The notes below the pieces were generated by a model. That model saw nothing but the letters and a program-made list of their open reading frames with translations, was not told the origin of the DNA and ran no database searches. This document shows positions 1 to 15,086 of a stretch of DNA of 64,000 nucleotides, piece after piece (the stretch's first letter is position 1; the number at the start of each line of letters is the position of its first letter). Origin of the DNA: Eledone cirrhosa. Its lineage: Eukaryota. Location: NCBI GenBank assembly GCA_964016885.1, contig OZ024743.1, positions 292,330,001 to 292,394,000 of the forward strand, given 5' to 3'. The position numbers were made by a program, and so were the translations under genes.

Positions 1-11
1 TCTCTCTCTCT

Positions 12-107
<96 letters not shown>

Positions 108-842
108 GAAAATGAAAAATGAGTGATGCATCGGAACTCAATTTATTGTGGGTTACAATTGTTTCTACGTGTGTGGATCTACCTGACTCTAGACTCGCAG
201 GTTCCTCGGACACATCTATTGATTTCGAATCATATCCTCTTTCTGGTGTTTTCTGGTCCTACAAGCCTATATCGTCCACCTTCATCCGCTTTGCACGTCC
301 TTGGGTTGGTCACTGGGTACTGACGTCATCATTATTCTGACCACTTGTAGCAGCTCACTGACCGTCAGGGCGTGAGCTGTTACTCACTCACTGCTCCATC
401 AGTAAAATTTCTGCTGTTTGTCAGCTCACACTCCCACTCACACACACACACACACAGATACTGACATACAGATACAGAGTAGCTTGTGTGCTTACATTCA
501 CACACAGAAATAGTCACACAAATATACGCATACATGCACACAGAGAGGCACACACGAACAAAGGCGCGTGGATATACGCACGCATATACACAGACACATG
601 CACATACACGCACTATACATGCACTCAGACACACGTACGCATCCGTACGTATACATACACGTACACTCACACATATATATATACATATACATACATTTAC
701 GTACACACATCTGCACATCTGCACATGCACATGCATACATACACACATACACATACACGCCCACACATACGTATATACACATACGTCTACACATACGTCT
801 ACACACACATATATACACACACACGCACATATATACACACAC

Positions 843-902
<60 letters not shown>

Positions 903-1010
903 CATACATACATATATACACACGCATACCCTAATACATTTTTGTTTCCCCCTGCACGTGTGCATACTCACACACAGACTCGCATATATATTCTTACACA
1001 TATGTATACA
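1..1010. repeat. Compound microsatellites (TC)n(TA)n(GA)n and degenerate (CA/TA)n tract
   Basis: Seen directly at 1-103 and ~430-1010. The ORFs here are His/Thr/Tyr/Ile or Cys/Val low-complexity artefacts. Confidence 0.95.
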
Positions 1011-1721
1011 CACATAAAAAAATGTACGAAAACTACATGCAAGAAATATTGAATTGAATTTCTAACATTACTAATTCATTTTTCAAATCCCACCGCTGTC
1101 TTTTAATCACGTGATGTTTACACACACATATCCATATAATGAACATAGGATAACAGAAAATTAAACACACACAAAAGAAGATAGGATAAAGATCAAAGTT
1201 ATTTGTAAGACGCTCAGGTTAAAGGAAGAAATATTTATTTTTGACGTTTTGGACAGTTTCCTTCTTTGAAAAATAGTAGTGGAAAAAAAAGATAATAACG
1301 GAAATGTTCAAACAATTAGTATTTTCGTTACCCAATACTCATGGACTGAGCTAAAGTAAGAACATGTTCAGTTTAAGTATTCAAGTCTAACAAGCAAATG
1401 GTGGACGTGTGACGTGTTGTGTATATATGTGTATATATGTGTGTGAGTATATGTGTGAGTGAGTGTTTTTTTCTGAGAGAGAAAGAAATTTGACTTAAAT
1501 GTATATGTATGAGTCATTTCGTATGTGAACATGTGCGTGCATTTACACCGTGTAATCTTTTGAAAGTAGAATGTTTAAATACGGGGTGTAAGTGTATATG
1601 TATGTGTCTCACTAATTACTTTAGATGTATAATTTTGTGTTTGTTTTTTTAAAAGTCATGTATGTCTGGCTGACTTTGACACGGTGTGCACGTGTGTTTA
1701 TTAGTGCAGTATGTGCGTGAA

Positions 1722-2025
1722 GGCGCCCGGTTAGTGGTTAGAGCGTTCAGCTTGCAATCGTGAGGTTGTGAGTTTGATTCTCGCTCCGAGTGATGCATTG
1801 AATCGTTGAACGACATATTTTATTTCACGTTACGCCAGTTTACTCAGCTGTAGAAATGAGTTGCGACGTCACTGGTACGAAACTGTATTAGTCATTGCCT
1901 TTCCATTGGGCAACATCGGTGCCGTAAAGAAGGGAGCCTTGTACGAATCAATAAGTTGCGTATTTTGTGGGAAGGCTCAAATCGAAATCTGATTGGAACG
2001 ATGAAATGGTAAATTAGATGGGTGG
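1722..2025 (+). mobile_element. tRNA-derived SINE
   Basis: Starts GGCGCCCGGTTAGTGGTTAGAGCG (A-box-like), then GAGTTTGATTC (B-box-like), followed by a non-tRNA body. Confidence 0.7.
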
Positions 2026-2108
2026 AAGGTGAGAATAAAGGGGAGGTCTCACAAAATGGGGCAGAATTGATGGGTGGGTTTGAGAGCGCCTCACGCACAC
2101 ACACAGAT

Positions 2109-2141
<33 letters not shown>

Positions 2142-2147
2142 AAACAC

Positions 2148-2179
<32 letters not shown>

Positions 2180-2180
<1 letters not shown>

Positions 2181-2285
2181 AACGGAAAAAATGAAACGAA
2201 ATTTCATTTCTCACTCTTAGTACGGCTGTTACTTAAATATAAGTATGTATACGTACATACATATATGTATACAGACGTACAGTAG

Positions 2286-2317
<32 letters not shown>

Positions 2318-3098
2318 CGTACATGCACACATATATATGTGTACATATAGATTCACCGAACATTTATTATAATGTTCGGTGTGTCTGTAAACAAACATCC
2401 CGAATTTAGCCGTACAGTGTCTAGCAACCATCGTTGCTCATTTATTCAACACTGTCAAAGGAACGCTGAACTAGTTTCAAGATTATTAGCTATCGTCAGC
2501 AAAGTATACCTTCCTGCCAGATGATTGAACGTCTGAAAGTATATACTTTCCTTATGCATATTAACGGCTGAGCAGCCTAATTTGCATATCGAGTGATTTA
2601 ATCGGCCGGGCGCACCGAAAACGATAAACGGAAAAAATGAAATGAAATTTTATTTCTCACTCTGCCGATTTAAGTAGCAGCCGTACTAAGAGTTAGAAAT
2701 GAAATTTCGTTTCATTTTTTCCGTTTATCGTTTTCAATGCGCCCGGCCGATTAACTCACTCCATATGCAAATTAAGCTGCTCAGCCGTTAATATGCATAA
2801 GGAAAGTATATACTTTCAGACGTTCAATCATCTGGCAGGAAGGTATACGTTGCTGACGATAGCTAATAAGCTTGAAACTAGTACAGCGTTTCTTTTTCAG
2901 TGTTGAACGAACGAGAATCGATGGTTGCTAGACACTGTACGGCTTAATTCGGGATGTTTGTTTGCAAACACACCGAACATTATAATAAATTTTAGGTGAA
3001 TCCATACGTACATATATATATATGTGTGCATGTATGTATATATATATACATACTACTGTACGTCTGTATACATATATGTATGTATACATACTTATATT
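2180..3098. mobile_element. Penelope-type palindromic remnant (~420 bp inverted arms plus a short direct repeat)
   Basis: ~2239-2662 is the reverse complement of ~2689-3098. 2180-2220 recurs directly at ~2626-2662. Each arm carries a hammerhead core. Confidence 0.75.
2848..2888 (+). ncRNA. Minimal type I hammerhead ribozyme (mirror copy on - at ~2464-2504)
   Basis: cgttg-CTGACGA-t-agc taataa gct-t-GAAAC-ta-GTA-cagcg. Stem I is cgttg/cagcg and the palindromic stem III is ACTAGT. Confidence 0.65.
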
Positions 3099-4079
3099 TA
3101 TATATATATATACATATATACATATATTATATATAGAGAGAAAAAGAAGGAGAATGAGCAGAAATAATAAAGGTAGAAACAGAAAAAATATGTAATTATA
3201 ATATATTCATAGAAATTGCTACTAGATAATAAGTTTTAAAAAACCCACTAAATATGGAAGTTGTTGTGGTTTCTTAGCTCCTGGTCATCCATTTTAGGCA
3301 ATCCATGGCCAATACATTTACAGACTAGCGCTCTTGTTGACAGGAAGACAAAATCAAAGGAACTGATAATAATATAGTGTATCCTAATATCTTCCCTGCG
3401 TGTTACACAACATTTGAGTAATCTGTAGATACGATAAAATGCGATTGAGTAGGCTTATTTTTTTCGTATTCATGTAATACTTTTTTTCGGAATTTTCTGC
3501 TTAAGAGCATCACATTCATTTCATTAGTCAGAAGCAATAATCTGTGGACCGAGAGATGAGAAACCACTCAAAGAGTAACGATTTAAAAGAAATCAAATCT
3601 AAAAATTAAATCATATTCAACAAATTCTGTTAGCAGATTTAACAATTTTAGAGCCATATTTAAATGTCGGGTTGTTGCGTTAAAAGTGTTAAAAACACGT
3701 TTGTCAGGTTAATGCATATATCACTCTTGATTCAATGAGAATCCTGTGGTCTGAAGCTGCTAGCTAAACGCAAGATTCTCGTTCCATCTTTCTGAAGCAG
3801 ATGTAAGCTGATGAAAAAGTATGTATAGCTGAAAAATGGTATTCTATACAATTTCTTCCTACCTATATATTTCTTTTTACGTGATTGGGAACATTCCATG
3901 TAAAAATGAAATCTGATATCCATATCCATCAAATGCTTTTAAAGATATTGCTAGAATTGTAATTCTCCCCCCTTGAATCTCGTATAAAAAATACGATTCG
4001 TAGCTTAGACAACGATATCCATATCTACTCTGCTACTACTCTAACTATATATATAGCTATTTGTTTCTATTTATCTGCT

Positions 4080-4124
<45 letters not shown>

Positions 4125-4159
4125 CCCTCTCTATCGCTACAAAACACACTCACACATAA

Positions 4160-4341
4160 TTGTTTCTACTTTTGGCACAAGGCCAGCAATTATCTCAGTT
4201 TATTACTGGTACTTTATTTTATCGACCCCGTAAGGATGAAAGGCAAAGTTAACCTCGGCAGGATTTGAACTCAGATCATAAAGGGAAGTAACACTATGCT
4301 TCAAAGCACGGAGTCTGATCCTCTACCGATACTGCCAATCC
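4160..4341 (-). mobile_element. SINE (abundant family; other copies at 13580-13750 -, 15506-15688 +, 17853-18005 +, 59941-59992 -)
   Basis: The shared motif ggcacaaggccagcaat...ttatcgacccc...ggatgaaaggcaaagttaacctcggc.ggatttgaactcag recurs in the window and contains a B-box-like GAGTTCAAATCC. Confidence 0.75.
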
Positions 4342-6525
4342 ACACATATATATACATATAATATATATATATATACATATGTGTGTGTATTACCAAATGG
4401 CAGACTGAATGAGGTGGTAATACGCCCCATGAAACTAATATATATATATATATAAATATCTATACATACCTATATGCATATGTGTTAATATTGAGGAAAG
4501 CAAGAATGAGCACACAGCACTATAGTAAAGATTAATGGCTTATTAAGGCTAATCCAGTAGCCTGTTTAACCTAATGTTTTCCACTCACTCAAAGTGCATC
4601 ACCCTCAATCAGTAGTTACTATCCCGGTACCAGTGACAAGCTACTGAACATTTATGGAGTACATAAGCATATAGATATATATGTACAGAGACATACTTAA
4701 TACATAAACATACACAGACAAATATACACAACTATACACATAAATACACACATGCACATGAACACATACACACATATATTCAGACATACAACCATACATA
4801 CATACATAGACACATTCACATTGCAAAGATGTCTCCGGTTGTGAGTATTCATCTTGAAAAATGTAATTGAATTTTGTCGATTAGATTCAGCTCTTAATTG
4901 AGAAGACTAAATTTGTAATCGATAATCCCACACATTGAAAGTTTAGATATTCCGATAGACGTTATATTGGAGAGAAATGCATTGGGCGTCATCGTTAGTG
5001 TGCCTGAGATAGAATATGAACGACAAATAATTTGTGTAGGCTTTTCTGGTTCAGCAAATTGACCATCGTCATTGCCATGGATACAAACAAATAATTATAT
5101 TTTGTGAAGGGCTTTATTAGTTTAAATCGTTACTAATATATGACTTGTAAATATGTTTCAAACAAGACAGGTAATGATAAGTTTACACTTGTAGAATTTG
5201 AGATGCGTTTCTTCCTATGATCCAGTTATTCTGCAGAGACAATGCTTTAACATGAATGGACTTTTATTTAATTTGATTAGGCACAAAAGATCGATGGTAT
5301 TATGAAATGGTATATGTTGATACTGTGATCGTCATATCTTTCCTAAATGTATTAGTGGTATCACTGAAGTCGTATGATTTCAACTAGATACTTTAACTGT
5401 TAAATCAGTAAGGGAAATGTATTGTCCATGCCATATTTCATGGCCGCAAAGACTGGTGGGTGAGAAGAATCTCTCCTCAAAACGGAGATCTGACGCACAA
5501 AAAAGGGTATTCTGCTAAAGACACTCAAGTGCCAGGTAGTGGTGTTAAACTGAGCAACCCAGAGCGTCACACATGATTTAAACTTAGAACACAAAAAAGT
5601 CGTCATAAAACTTGCAACGCATCTCGTCCAACAATTTAATATCATCATCAATACATTGCTCTAGTCTAGTACTTTATTTTATCTAGCCGAAAGAAAACAA
5701 AAGCAAAGTTGATCTTGACAGAATGTACAGAGACGGAACATATTTTGTTTAACGCTCTACACAGTAACAATTTACTGCAAATTTGAAAGCGTGTTGCGAT
5801 TAGGATCGTTGTGGGTTTACAGTCAACACAATATAACATTAAAATAGTGATTTATTTTAAAATTATTATGTGAAACAACTTATCTAAGAATGACTCTATA
5901 TAGCGTCTTCTAGAGTTCATTCCTTTAACGTCAAGGATACCTGACTGATTTGTTTCTTCTCGTCCCATCACCCATAATATGTCTAACCTTCCAGGGCCAG
6001 CACTAACCCCAGTCATACCATGAATATCTTTAATACAAAACTCTACAAACAATAGCTTAATTGCAGCAATCTCTCCAGTTTGTGAGAACTACGGGCATAG
6101 CTTCTTTATTCAGACCGCTCATAAAAAAAAGTACACGAACTTGTTGCTGCCAAGAATCAGGCCACGGGTTTAATTCCTGCTTCATCCAGGTAACCCCCCC
6201 CCCCCCCCCCACCCTCCTTCACAAGAAATTGGTATTTAAAAAGGAAAATGTCTGATCTAACATCCTGGTAATTTTCGTAGAATATTATCAGTGCAGTGAA
6301 AATTATAACAAAATCACACTCTATAGGAAACATACAGATTGTTTCACTTCCATATTTCTCCGTTTGGATAACAATTATTGGTTATGGTATCACCCAAAAC
6401 ATGAGCGGAGACCGACGCATATAGATTTGTATTCCAAATTAATATATATGTACACAGACAGAGACACACACACACACAGACAAACACACACACACACAAA
6501 GACAGACACACACACACATATATAA

Positions 6526-6697
6526 CAATACAAAGAAGATTTGCTAAGCCTTCATTACGTTTATTGATTGGCGACACGCGTTTCGCTCAAGGTTCGATCT
6601 GTATCAATACAGATAGAACATTGAGCTGATCAATAGCGAAACCCGTGTCACCAATCAATAAACGTAATGAAGGCTTAACCAATCATCCTTGTATTAT
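6526..6697. repeat. Imperfect ~85 bp-arm palindrome with a truncated hammerhead (Penelope-type end)
   Basis: aagccttcattacgtttattgattgg / ccaatcaataaacgtaatgaaggctt, centred on ctgtat-ca-atacag. Contains TGA-gct gatcaat agc-GAAAC..GTC. Confidence 0.7.
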
Positions 6698-6800
6698 TAT
6701 ATTACATTCTGTCTTGCTTTACACTCCGCTACTGACGTGAACCTAAACATCGAGTACTCACCTGGGTGAACCTACAGTAACTTCACTTTACACTTCCTGG

Positions 6801-6865
<65 letters not shown>

Positions 6866-6876
6866 TGTGTGTGTGC

Positions 6877-6912
<36 letters not shown>

Positions 6913-7430
6913 TATGCACATCCATTTTACTAATTGCCACGGAAAAACACACACAATAAAATACGGAAATATACCAATCAACGGACGCATACAGACACAT
7001 GTTAAAGGCCGCATACTAGCTAAGGGATGAACATATATAAGAACACATATACAGTTATACACAAATACATAAAGATAACAAACGATACATACATTCATAC
7101 CTGGGCACTCAAATCGCATTTTACGAAAACACTAAATATACGCATACACAAACCACATATACTCACATATAGCTTGTACACCATTAGCTCGCATACGGAC
7201 ATTTAGTCGGGTTATTCTTACAATATATAATACTAAATATGAGATGTAAGTAAATCTAACTACTTATACCCACACGCACACACCCTCCCCTCACACACAC
7301 ATATATATATATACATAGCATATATAAAGACAAATATAAATAAATATTGCATATGCAAAAATACAGAAATACACATATACATTTACATGGAATATATATC
7401 GATATAGACATATAAACATATAATTATATT

Positions 7431-7838
7431 ACGTAGACTCTTTCAGGCTGAATCCTTTATACTGTCGCGACAGTGCCGGACGCCTTCCACGCCATGCTTC
7501 TCTCAACGAGGTTATGAAGCATGGCTTGGATGCTGCAGTCTTCCCCTCCCAGCTCGAACCAGTTGGGCTGGACCGAGGGGTCGGCAAAAGGCCAGACGGC
7601 TTGACCATCTTCCCGCTCCGCAGAGGTAAACCCCTCATCTGGGATGCCACATGCAGTGACACATTTTCCAGCGGCAACCTGGTGCTGTCTGTGACTAACA
7701 CAGACTCTACTGCACTTCGGGTTGAGGAGAGTAAACTCTCCAAATATCGGTCGCTCTGCGAAAGGTTTGTTGTCCATCCCATAGCAGTGGAGACTTCTGG
7801 TGTCCTTGGACCTACAGCCACCTCCCTACTCACCACCA
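7431..7838 (+). mobile_element. Fragment of an RLE non-LTR retrotransposon, CRE-like endonuclease region
   Basis: Translation ...GRLPRHASLNEV..EPVGLDRGVGKRPDGLTIFP...LIWDATCSDT...E.SK..KY..L..F..PIAVETSGVLG has the RH, PD..D and E..K..KY motifs. Confidence 0.75.
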
Positions 7839-8058
7839 GTATTTATTTGTACTTTATACTTAGAGCTTAATGGTTACAGGGTTCTAATTCATATATATAT
7901 ATTTCGGCTCTCTTACAGGATGAGCTATTAAGTTGTGCGTGTTGGACTGTTATTTCTGTTCAACACGCGCTTACCACGTTTGGCTGGCGAAGCACGAGGT
8001 GATGAATTCATCTTTCTGTGTGAACGTTGGCAAATAGTGTTTGTGGCATTTAATCGCA

Positions 8059-8140
8059 ATCTCTCGCTGATGAAGCCCAAGATTATCTGTTACAAACACA
8101 CTCAGGGCGAAACAGATTAGGGATAATCTGTCCGAGAGAT
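8059..8140 (+). ncRNA. Type I hammerhead ribozyme, intact core
   Basis: Stem I ATCTCTCG(8059-66)/CGAGAGAT(8133-40); CTGATGA 8067-73; stem II GCCC/GGGC; GAAA 8109-12; stem III ACAGATTA-ggga-TAATCTGT; GTC site with C at 8132. Lies between ~55 bp direct repeats at 7838 and 8309. Confidence 0.85.
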
Positions 8141-8399
8141 ATTATGGTTATTGAGGCGGTTTGTATTATTTGATATTATATTTTTATTTTCATTTCGTCA
8201 TTCTGTCTGTTTCTTGGTTAAATATTTCAAGCATATGTGGCTTTTCAACCCTTGTAATTTTAGACACACGGTTTACTGTGTTTCTAACTATATATTGTTA
8301 ATCGGCTCAGTATTTATTTGTACTTTATACTTAGAGCTTAATGGTTACAGGGTTCTAATTCATATATATATATACATGTATATATATATATATATATAT

Positions 8400-9580
<1,181 letters not shown>

Positions 9581-9717
9581 TACTTCGTTTATTTAATTTG
9601 TTTTGCATGATTCCTTATCTGAAAACGTGTGTTGAAACAGATATTGTTATACTTTGGAAGGGTCATGTTGCCAATAAAAACGTTAGCACCAGTTCATTTT
9701 CACTTCAATTTATTAGA

Positions 9718-10550
9718 AACTACCAGCAGTACCCAGCGTTGCCTGGCTGGGTAAAATAATATCTTCTTTGATGAAAATGTGTTGATCTTAGCGTCTGCTT
9801 CTCGATGACACATCTATGGCCACACACAGGCCATGCGAGGGAGAGTGGTGATGACCTCTATCACTGAGAAACGGAGGTGGCTGATGAAGGGGCATGCTGA
9901 GGGAGGGAGTTTCGAATTTGAACGAAATCGGTTGAAAAATGTGGGAGCTACAGCCGAAAAGGCGGAAATTTGAGCGAAAAGGTGGTATTTTCGAATATTT
10001 AAGCGGCTGCCACGCCATTCCTAAACAAAAAAAATCAAATATGTAAATAAACTTTAAGATGTAAAATAATCAGATCTAGCGTAGTGTGAATTTTGAACAA
10101 AGTAGGTTGATTAATGTGGGAGTTAGAGCCGGAAAAGTGGAAACTTGAGTCTAAAAGTTGTATTTTTGTATATTTAAGTGGCTGTCACACTGTTCCTGAA
10201 CGACAAATGCAAAATATAAATCCAGGAAAGGATGTGCAATGATAACTTCTATTTCGCTTTTAAATTTGAACGAAATCGGTGGCAAAATGTGGGAGCTAGA
10301 GCCAAAAGTCTTATTTTTCGATACCTAAAATAAGGTCCCCCCCCCCCCTCCCCCTATAGATTTTTATCTGCAGAATGACCCCGGAATAAAAAAAAACGAT
10401 ACGCTGATATATAGAAAACATTCCCCGATGACTAATCTATGAGCCTGTACAGTTTCATGAAAATCGGTCGTAAGATGTAGGCCCCTAAAGGTAATACACA
10501 TACACACAGACACACACACACACACATACTTAATGTTATATATATACAGA
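9718..10550 (+). mobile_element. Non-autonomous Helitron/Helentron-like element with ~173 bp internal repeats
   Basis: 5' actaccagcagtacccagcgttgcctgg. Three copies of aatttgaacgaaatcggt...aatgtgggagctagagcc at ~9915, ~10089 and ~10262. 3' (CA)n plus ttatatatata end. Confidence 0.55.
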
Positions 10551-10559
10551 TTTCCAGCT

Positions 10560-12450
10560 GGCTGGTTGCTTCGATAACCAGATGGTTGTTTACATATTGT
10601 CAAAGCTCTTTCGTCACACATTATGTGACCTCCTCAGAGACTAGGTTTTTATTTTGTTTCTCTCCTTTGTTCTGTTCTACTCCATCTTGATGTTGTGTGT
10701 CACGTGCTTAGTTTGCGCGTGTGTTACATTCAGGTGTGTTTGTGTGTGTGTATATTTATTTATGTGTTTATTTACTTGCCAATATTTGGTTGTTTGTTCT
10801 ATATGTGTGTCTGATTTGTTTTATTAGTTTGGTTTTTATGTGTGTCTGTAATTCTTCATTTTGTCCTTAATTACTAGTCATGATGTTATTATTCCACTAA
10901 TGTTATCTGTTTAATTTTCGTTGGAGTTCGTTTACATTTGGCACCTCTGTAATTTGTCTGAGCATTGCATCTTTTCAGTGTTTGGATATAATATTTATTT
11001 ATATGTACAATAATGTGCCCCTATGTTCTACTTTGGCATGTCGGTGGAGTACTGATGAGGTTTTCCCATCTTGGATTTCTCGCCAGTTTTCACTTATCCT
11101 TTCTGGTATGCTACGGGCTGTTTCAACTGTGTATGTTGTGTTATTATTCCTACAATGTCCCTAGGCACATCTGCTATATACTACGTTTCTTGTTTTGTAG
11201 TTAGTTTGTGGTCTAGCTTGGACACTATGCACTTCCTATCAGAGTAAGTGTTTCTTTGAAATGAAAATTTTACTAATTAGGGTTTTATGGGAATACCTAG
11301 TCTTTCAACTATCTTAATATTTTATTTGAGCTTGTCTAGGTCTCTTCTAAATCTGTAAGCTTGTTCGTCTCTAGTAGTTGTATTGACGAACATTATACTA
11401 GTATTTATTTCTATCATACCATGATTTGATCTCATTTGCCTTATTCCTAATGCTTTCTATTCTGTTCAAAAATGTGCTCCTATACCTGGGGCAAATCCCA
11501 TGTCAATCATTTTCTAGTATATTTGCCCATTTGGTCCTGGCTCCTTTATATGCCCTGATCTTTTCTCCCTGATAGTAGCCAGTGAAATGCATACGGTAGA
11601 TGAAGTATGGTATGTGTCTCTCTAATTCTTTAGGATTGCGCATGCAGGACACATTCCTCATCACTCTTACTAAGTGTGCAATCAGTATATTGATTTTCAT
11701 GGGATCCGAAACAGCTGGGTTTTGGTGGATCAGGTACTTGGATTATGGGTTTGGCAATATGCAGATGGTGAATTTGCGTTCTATTACTAATAGTTTCCAA
11801 CCAGAGTTCTGTGTCTAGTAAGGATAATCTATGGTTGGGGTTTTTACTTGAGTAGTCTATAGTAACTTTAATGGATGGTGTTAGCTATTTACTGGATGAT
11901 TTCCATGGTGTTCTTCCCTAATTCCTGACTTTTCCTGTGGGGGTCTTTTTACTCCGATGTTTATGTCATCTACGTAGAGGTAGTACATAGTCAGGGTTAT
12001 AAAATAGTCGTCTAAGCGTTCCTCTAGCCTTGTGTCCTACCATACCATAAAGAGGTTAGCTATGTCACCTGCAATGCTAATGCCAATGGCTGCCCCCCCC
12101 CCCGCCTTCTTTGGCAGACTTTTATCCATTAAACTTGAATATATGTTCATTTAGGGTTGTCCCAGGATTGGAAGTTGTTGGTAGTCCATCTTTTAGGTTG
12201 CATTATGCTAGTCCACATCATCATATAATTATTGAGGGTTTCTTCCCTTTATTCATGCTGTTGTTGTGTTACTTCTCTTCTGTTGATGATGTGGGGTTTG
12301 CATTGACTGGATGAGTTTGCAGGCTGTCAACTGACAATCTGTCAGACTTGTCTGCTGGAAAGCATACGATCTATCCATTTCGTGAGTGCTGCATGAGATT
12401 ACGCAAGCCATTTGCGGATTTTCCCAAAGTTACTGGGCCTCCATTATATT
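10560..12450 (-). mobile_element. Degenerate Penelope-like retroelement
   Basis: Minus strand encodes GAAIGISIAGDIANLFM (~12045-12095), LYVDD (~11966-11980) and thumb-like KINILIAHLVRVMRNVS. Hammerhead CTGAGGA-g-gtcac..gtgac-GAAA at ~10599-10644. Confidence 0.65.
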
Positions 12451-12719
12451 CTGTTTCCTGCTATGCTGTTCTAGAAACTTTTAAAGTTTAGTTCTGGCTA
12501 TTGTAATATGTACCTCCGTTTGGTCATCAGATTGTGACGGTAAATTTGATCGTTTGATAAACGAAAGCGTCGTAGGGTAAATGTATCCCATGTCGAAGTA
12601 TTTATCAGATGGGTCATAGAATGTGGAATTCCACGGTGTATTGTTTACTATGTTAGTATAAATTGTGTTGTTGTCTCTACTTTCAATCAACAGCTTCGTG
12701 GTTGCTTTTAGGCCGTATC

Positions 12720-13356
12720 AACCTCACAGCGATGATGCACTTTTAAAGCGCAGAAATCGGTGCACACGGATCGGCGAAACTGCAGTCGGGTCTTTGAAGA
12801 AAAAATAGGTATATTTTTGTCTATTATTTACTCATATTTTGTAATTTGATATATAGCTCTGATTATGGAGTTGATTTAATTATTTTAGTTATCGGTCATC
12901 GAGCAACACGTGTTAAGGCGGACACCACACACACACACATATACATATGAATATGTGTGTGTACTCCATTATCATATTGTCCCAAACTCCCCTATGGTCG
13001 AGTTAACCACGAGTGTATTAACTGCCTTTTCTAGCAAATACGTTATTCACTCACTGTCCACCTTACTACCCTTCTGTGACCACTGTATCATGTGTTTATC
13101 TCTCTCCTCGCCTCCCGAGAAATTGACACTTGCTACAAAAGAAACAATGCTTTTTTTATCACTATATCACGTGTTAATACCTCCCTTCGCCTCTGAGACT
13201 TTCTCACTTGCTATAAACGCATCAGAAAAATGACCCCACAGAGATGATGCACATTTAAAGTGCCGAATCCGTGCACAAGGATCGGCGAAATTGCAATCGG
13301 GACTTTGGAAAAAAATAGGTATAACTTTGTCTATTATTTCCACATATTTTGTAATT

Positions 13357-13362
<6 letters not shown>
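12720..13362 (+). repeat. ~130 bp diverged direct repeats (12720-12853, 13232-13362), probable Penelope pseudo-LTRs
   Basis: Both read gatgatgcac...gtgcac..ggatcggcGAAA.tgca.TCggg.ctttg.a.aaaaaataggtata. The hammerhead 5' core is degenerate. Confidence 0.55.
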
Positions 13363-13390
<28 letters not shown>

Positions 13391-13394
13391 GTAT

Positions 13395-13478
13395 ATAGGA
13401 ACAAGTAAGACCCCGACGGCTGAGCTCAAGCCGTTTCGACGGCTTGAGCTCAGCCGTCGGGGTCTTACTTGTTCCTAT
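13395..13478. repeat. Perfect 40-bp-arm inverted repeat with TTCG loop
   Basis: 13395-13434 is the exact reverse complement of 13439-13478. Confidence 0.95.
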
Positions 13479-14072
13479 TACCCACTCTACTACCCTAAGT
13501 ATTGATTACTTTGGTGCGTTATGGTCCACCTGGTTCCTTACCACATTTCATTCGTTATATAAACGTATATATATATAATTGATCCTACTTTCGGCACGAG
13601 GCCTGCAACCTGTTACAGGTGCGTCATTTATCAACCCCATCAGAAAGAAAATCAAACCCAACCTCGGCAGGATTGGAACAGAGAACGTAAAGGCCCGTAG
13701 ATATATTCTGCAAAGCATTTTATTCGACGCTCTACCGAAATTCCACCGCTCAGATGCAATAATAATAATGATAAGAAGAAAAATAAAGTAATAATATTAT
13801 TATTAATAATAGTAATAATAATAATAATAAACCGGGATAAGAGAGAATGTCAGAAAGTAAGGACGGTCTATATTAGCCATAAAACCCGATACTTAGATAG
13901 GTAGATTTTATTGACTTCAGTTGTGTTACTATTAAGTATAATGCATATCTGCTTCTAAAATGGTTTACGACTAGGAGAAAGGTGTAAAAGCAATGAAATC
14001 TGTCAAAATCAAACAGTAAAGCAGGTTGAAGCTATCAGTTCATAAATGAATATTTAGCGTAAGTAAGGAACA

Positions 14073-14153
<81 letters not shown>

Positions 14154-14276
14154 ATGTGTTTGTTCGTGTTTTTGTGTGCGCGTGCGTGTGTGTGTTAAAT
14201 GTTGATGATATATACATATGCATACACACACAAAGACACACACGCACACATATATATATATATTTATATATATATA

Positions 14277-14340
<64 letters not shown>

Positions 14341-14815
14341 CTTATATATATATACATACATACATACATATATACATAAATACATACATACACAAACATA
14401 TACATATATATTAGGCCTACCTTTCAGAGATAATGTTTTCAAAGATAGTGTGTGCTACTTCACGAGGCTTTTATGTTAAACAAGACTTTTCAATTTCCTT
14501 TAAATAATTCTCTCTTGGTGTTGAAATGAGGCTGAAACCTAAAATTGGTGTCAGAGTTCTTCATAAAGAATAGTTGCTCCTTACTGTTCATATTTCCACC
14601 TAAATCTTCACCTATGCATAGTACCTAATCATTATCCATCCACAGTCCAATGACAGAGTATGAATATAGTCGTATTATTTGATAGAGGAACTGGAATCAT
14701 ATGATTCCAGTTCCTCAGTGAAATAACAACCCAACCAGGAACTGGGCATATCAGAGTATTGACAAAATTATACACCTCAACAACATATGTACTTGTCTAT
14801 ACCACACTAATTCGG

Positions 14816-14870
14816 ACTGCCTGAAGAGGTCACAGCCAAAGATGGCTGTCACTGAAATATATATAGCAGT
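14816..14870 (+). ncRNA. Minimal type I hammerhead ribozyme
   Basis: actgc-CTGAAGA-ggtcacagcc aaagat ggctgtcact-GAAA-tatat-ATA-gcagt. A 32-bp perfect palindrome lies upstream at 14685-14716. Confidence 0.7.
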
Positions 14871-15013
14871 GATAAACGAAGCTAAATTTTAAACATTTGA
14901 CTTTTTATTTAACTATATTTTACATTACTCCGGAGTAAGCAAACCAACCTGCGCACCTCGTCGAGTGCTCCAGCCTGCATACTGAGGTGTTGGTATACAG
15001 CCAACATGTATTC

Positions 15014-15086
<73 letters not shown>

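Noticed and set aside
347-383. 12-bp hairpin gtagcagctcac/gtgagctgttac
   Set aside because: The inverted repeat is real, but there is no supporting context (element end or RNA family) to assign a function.
380-1052. Long ORFs of 100-190 aa (also at 6772-7119, 14035-14479, 60761-61428)
   Set aside because: They are translations of dinucleotide and tetranucleotide microsatellites.
1722-1790. tRNA gene
   Set aside because: A/B boxes are present but there is no cloverleaf, and it continues into a SINE body.
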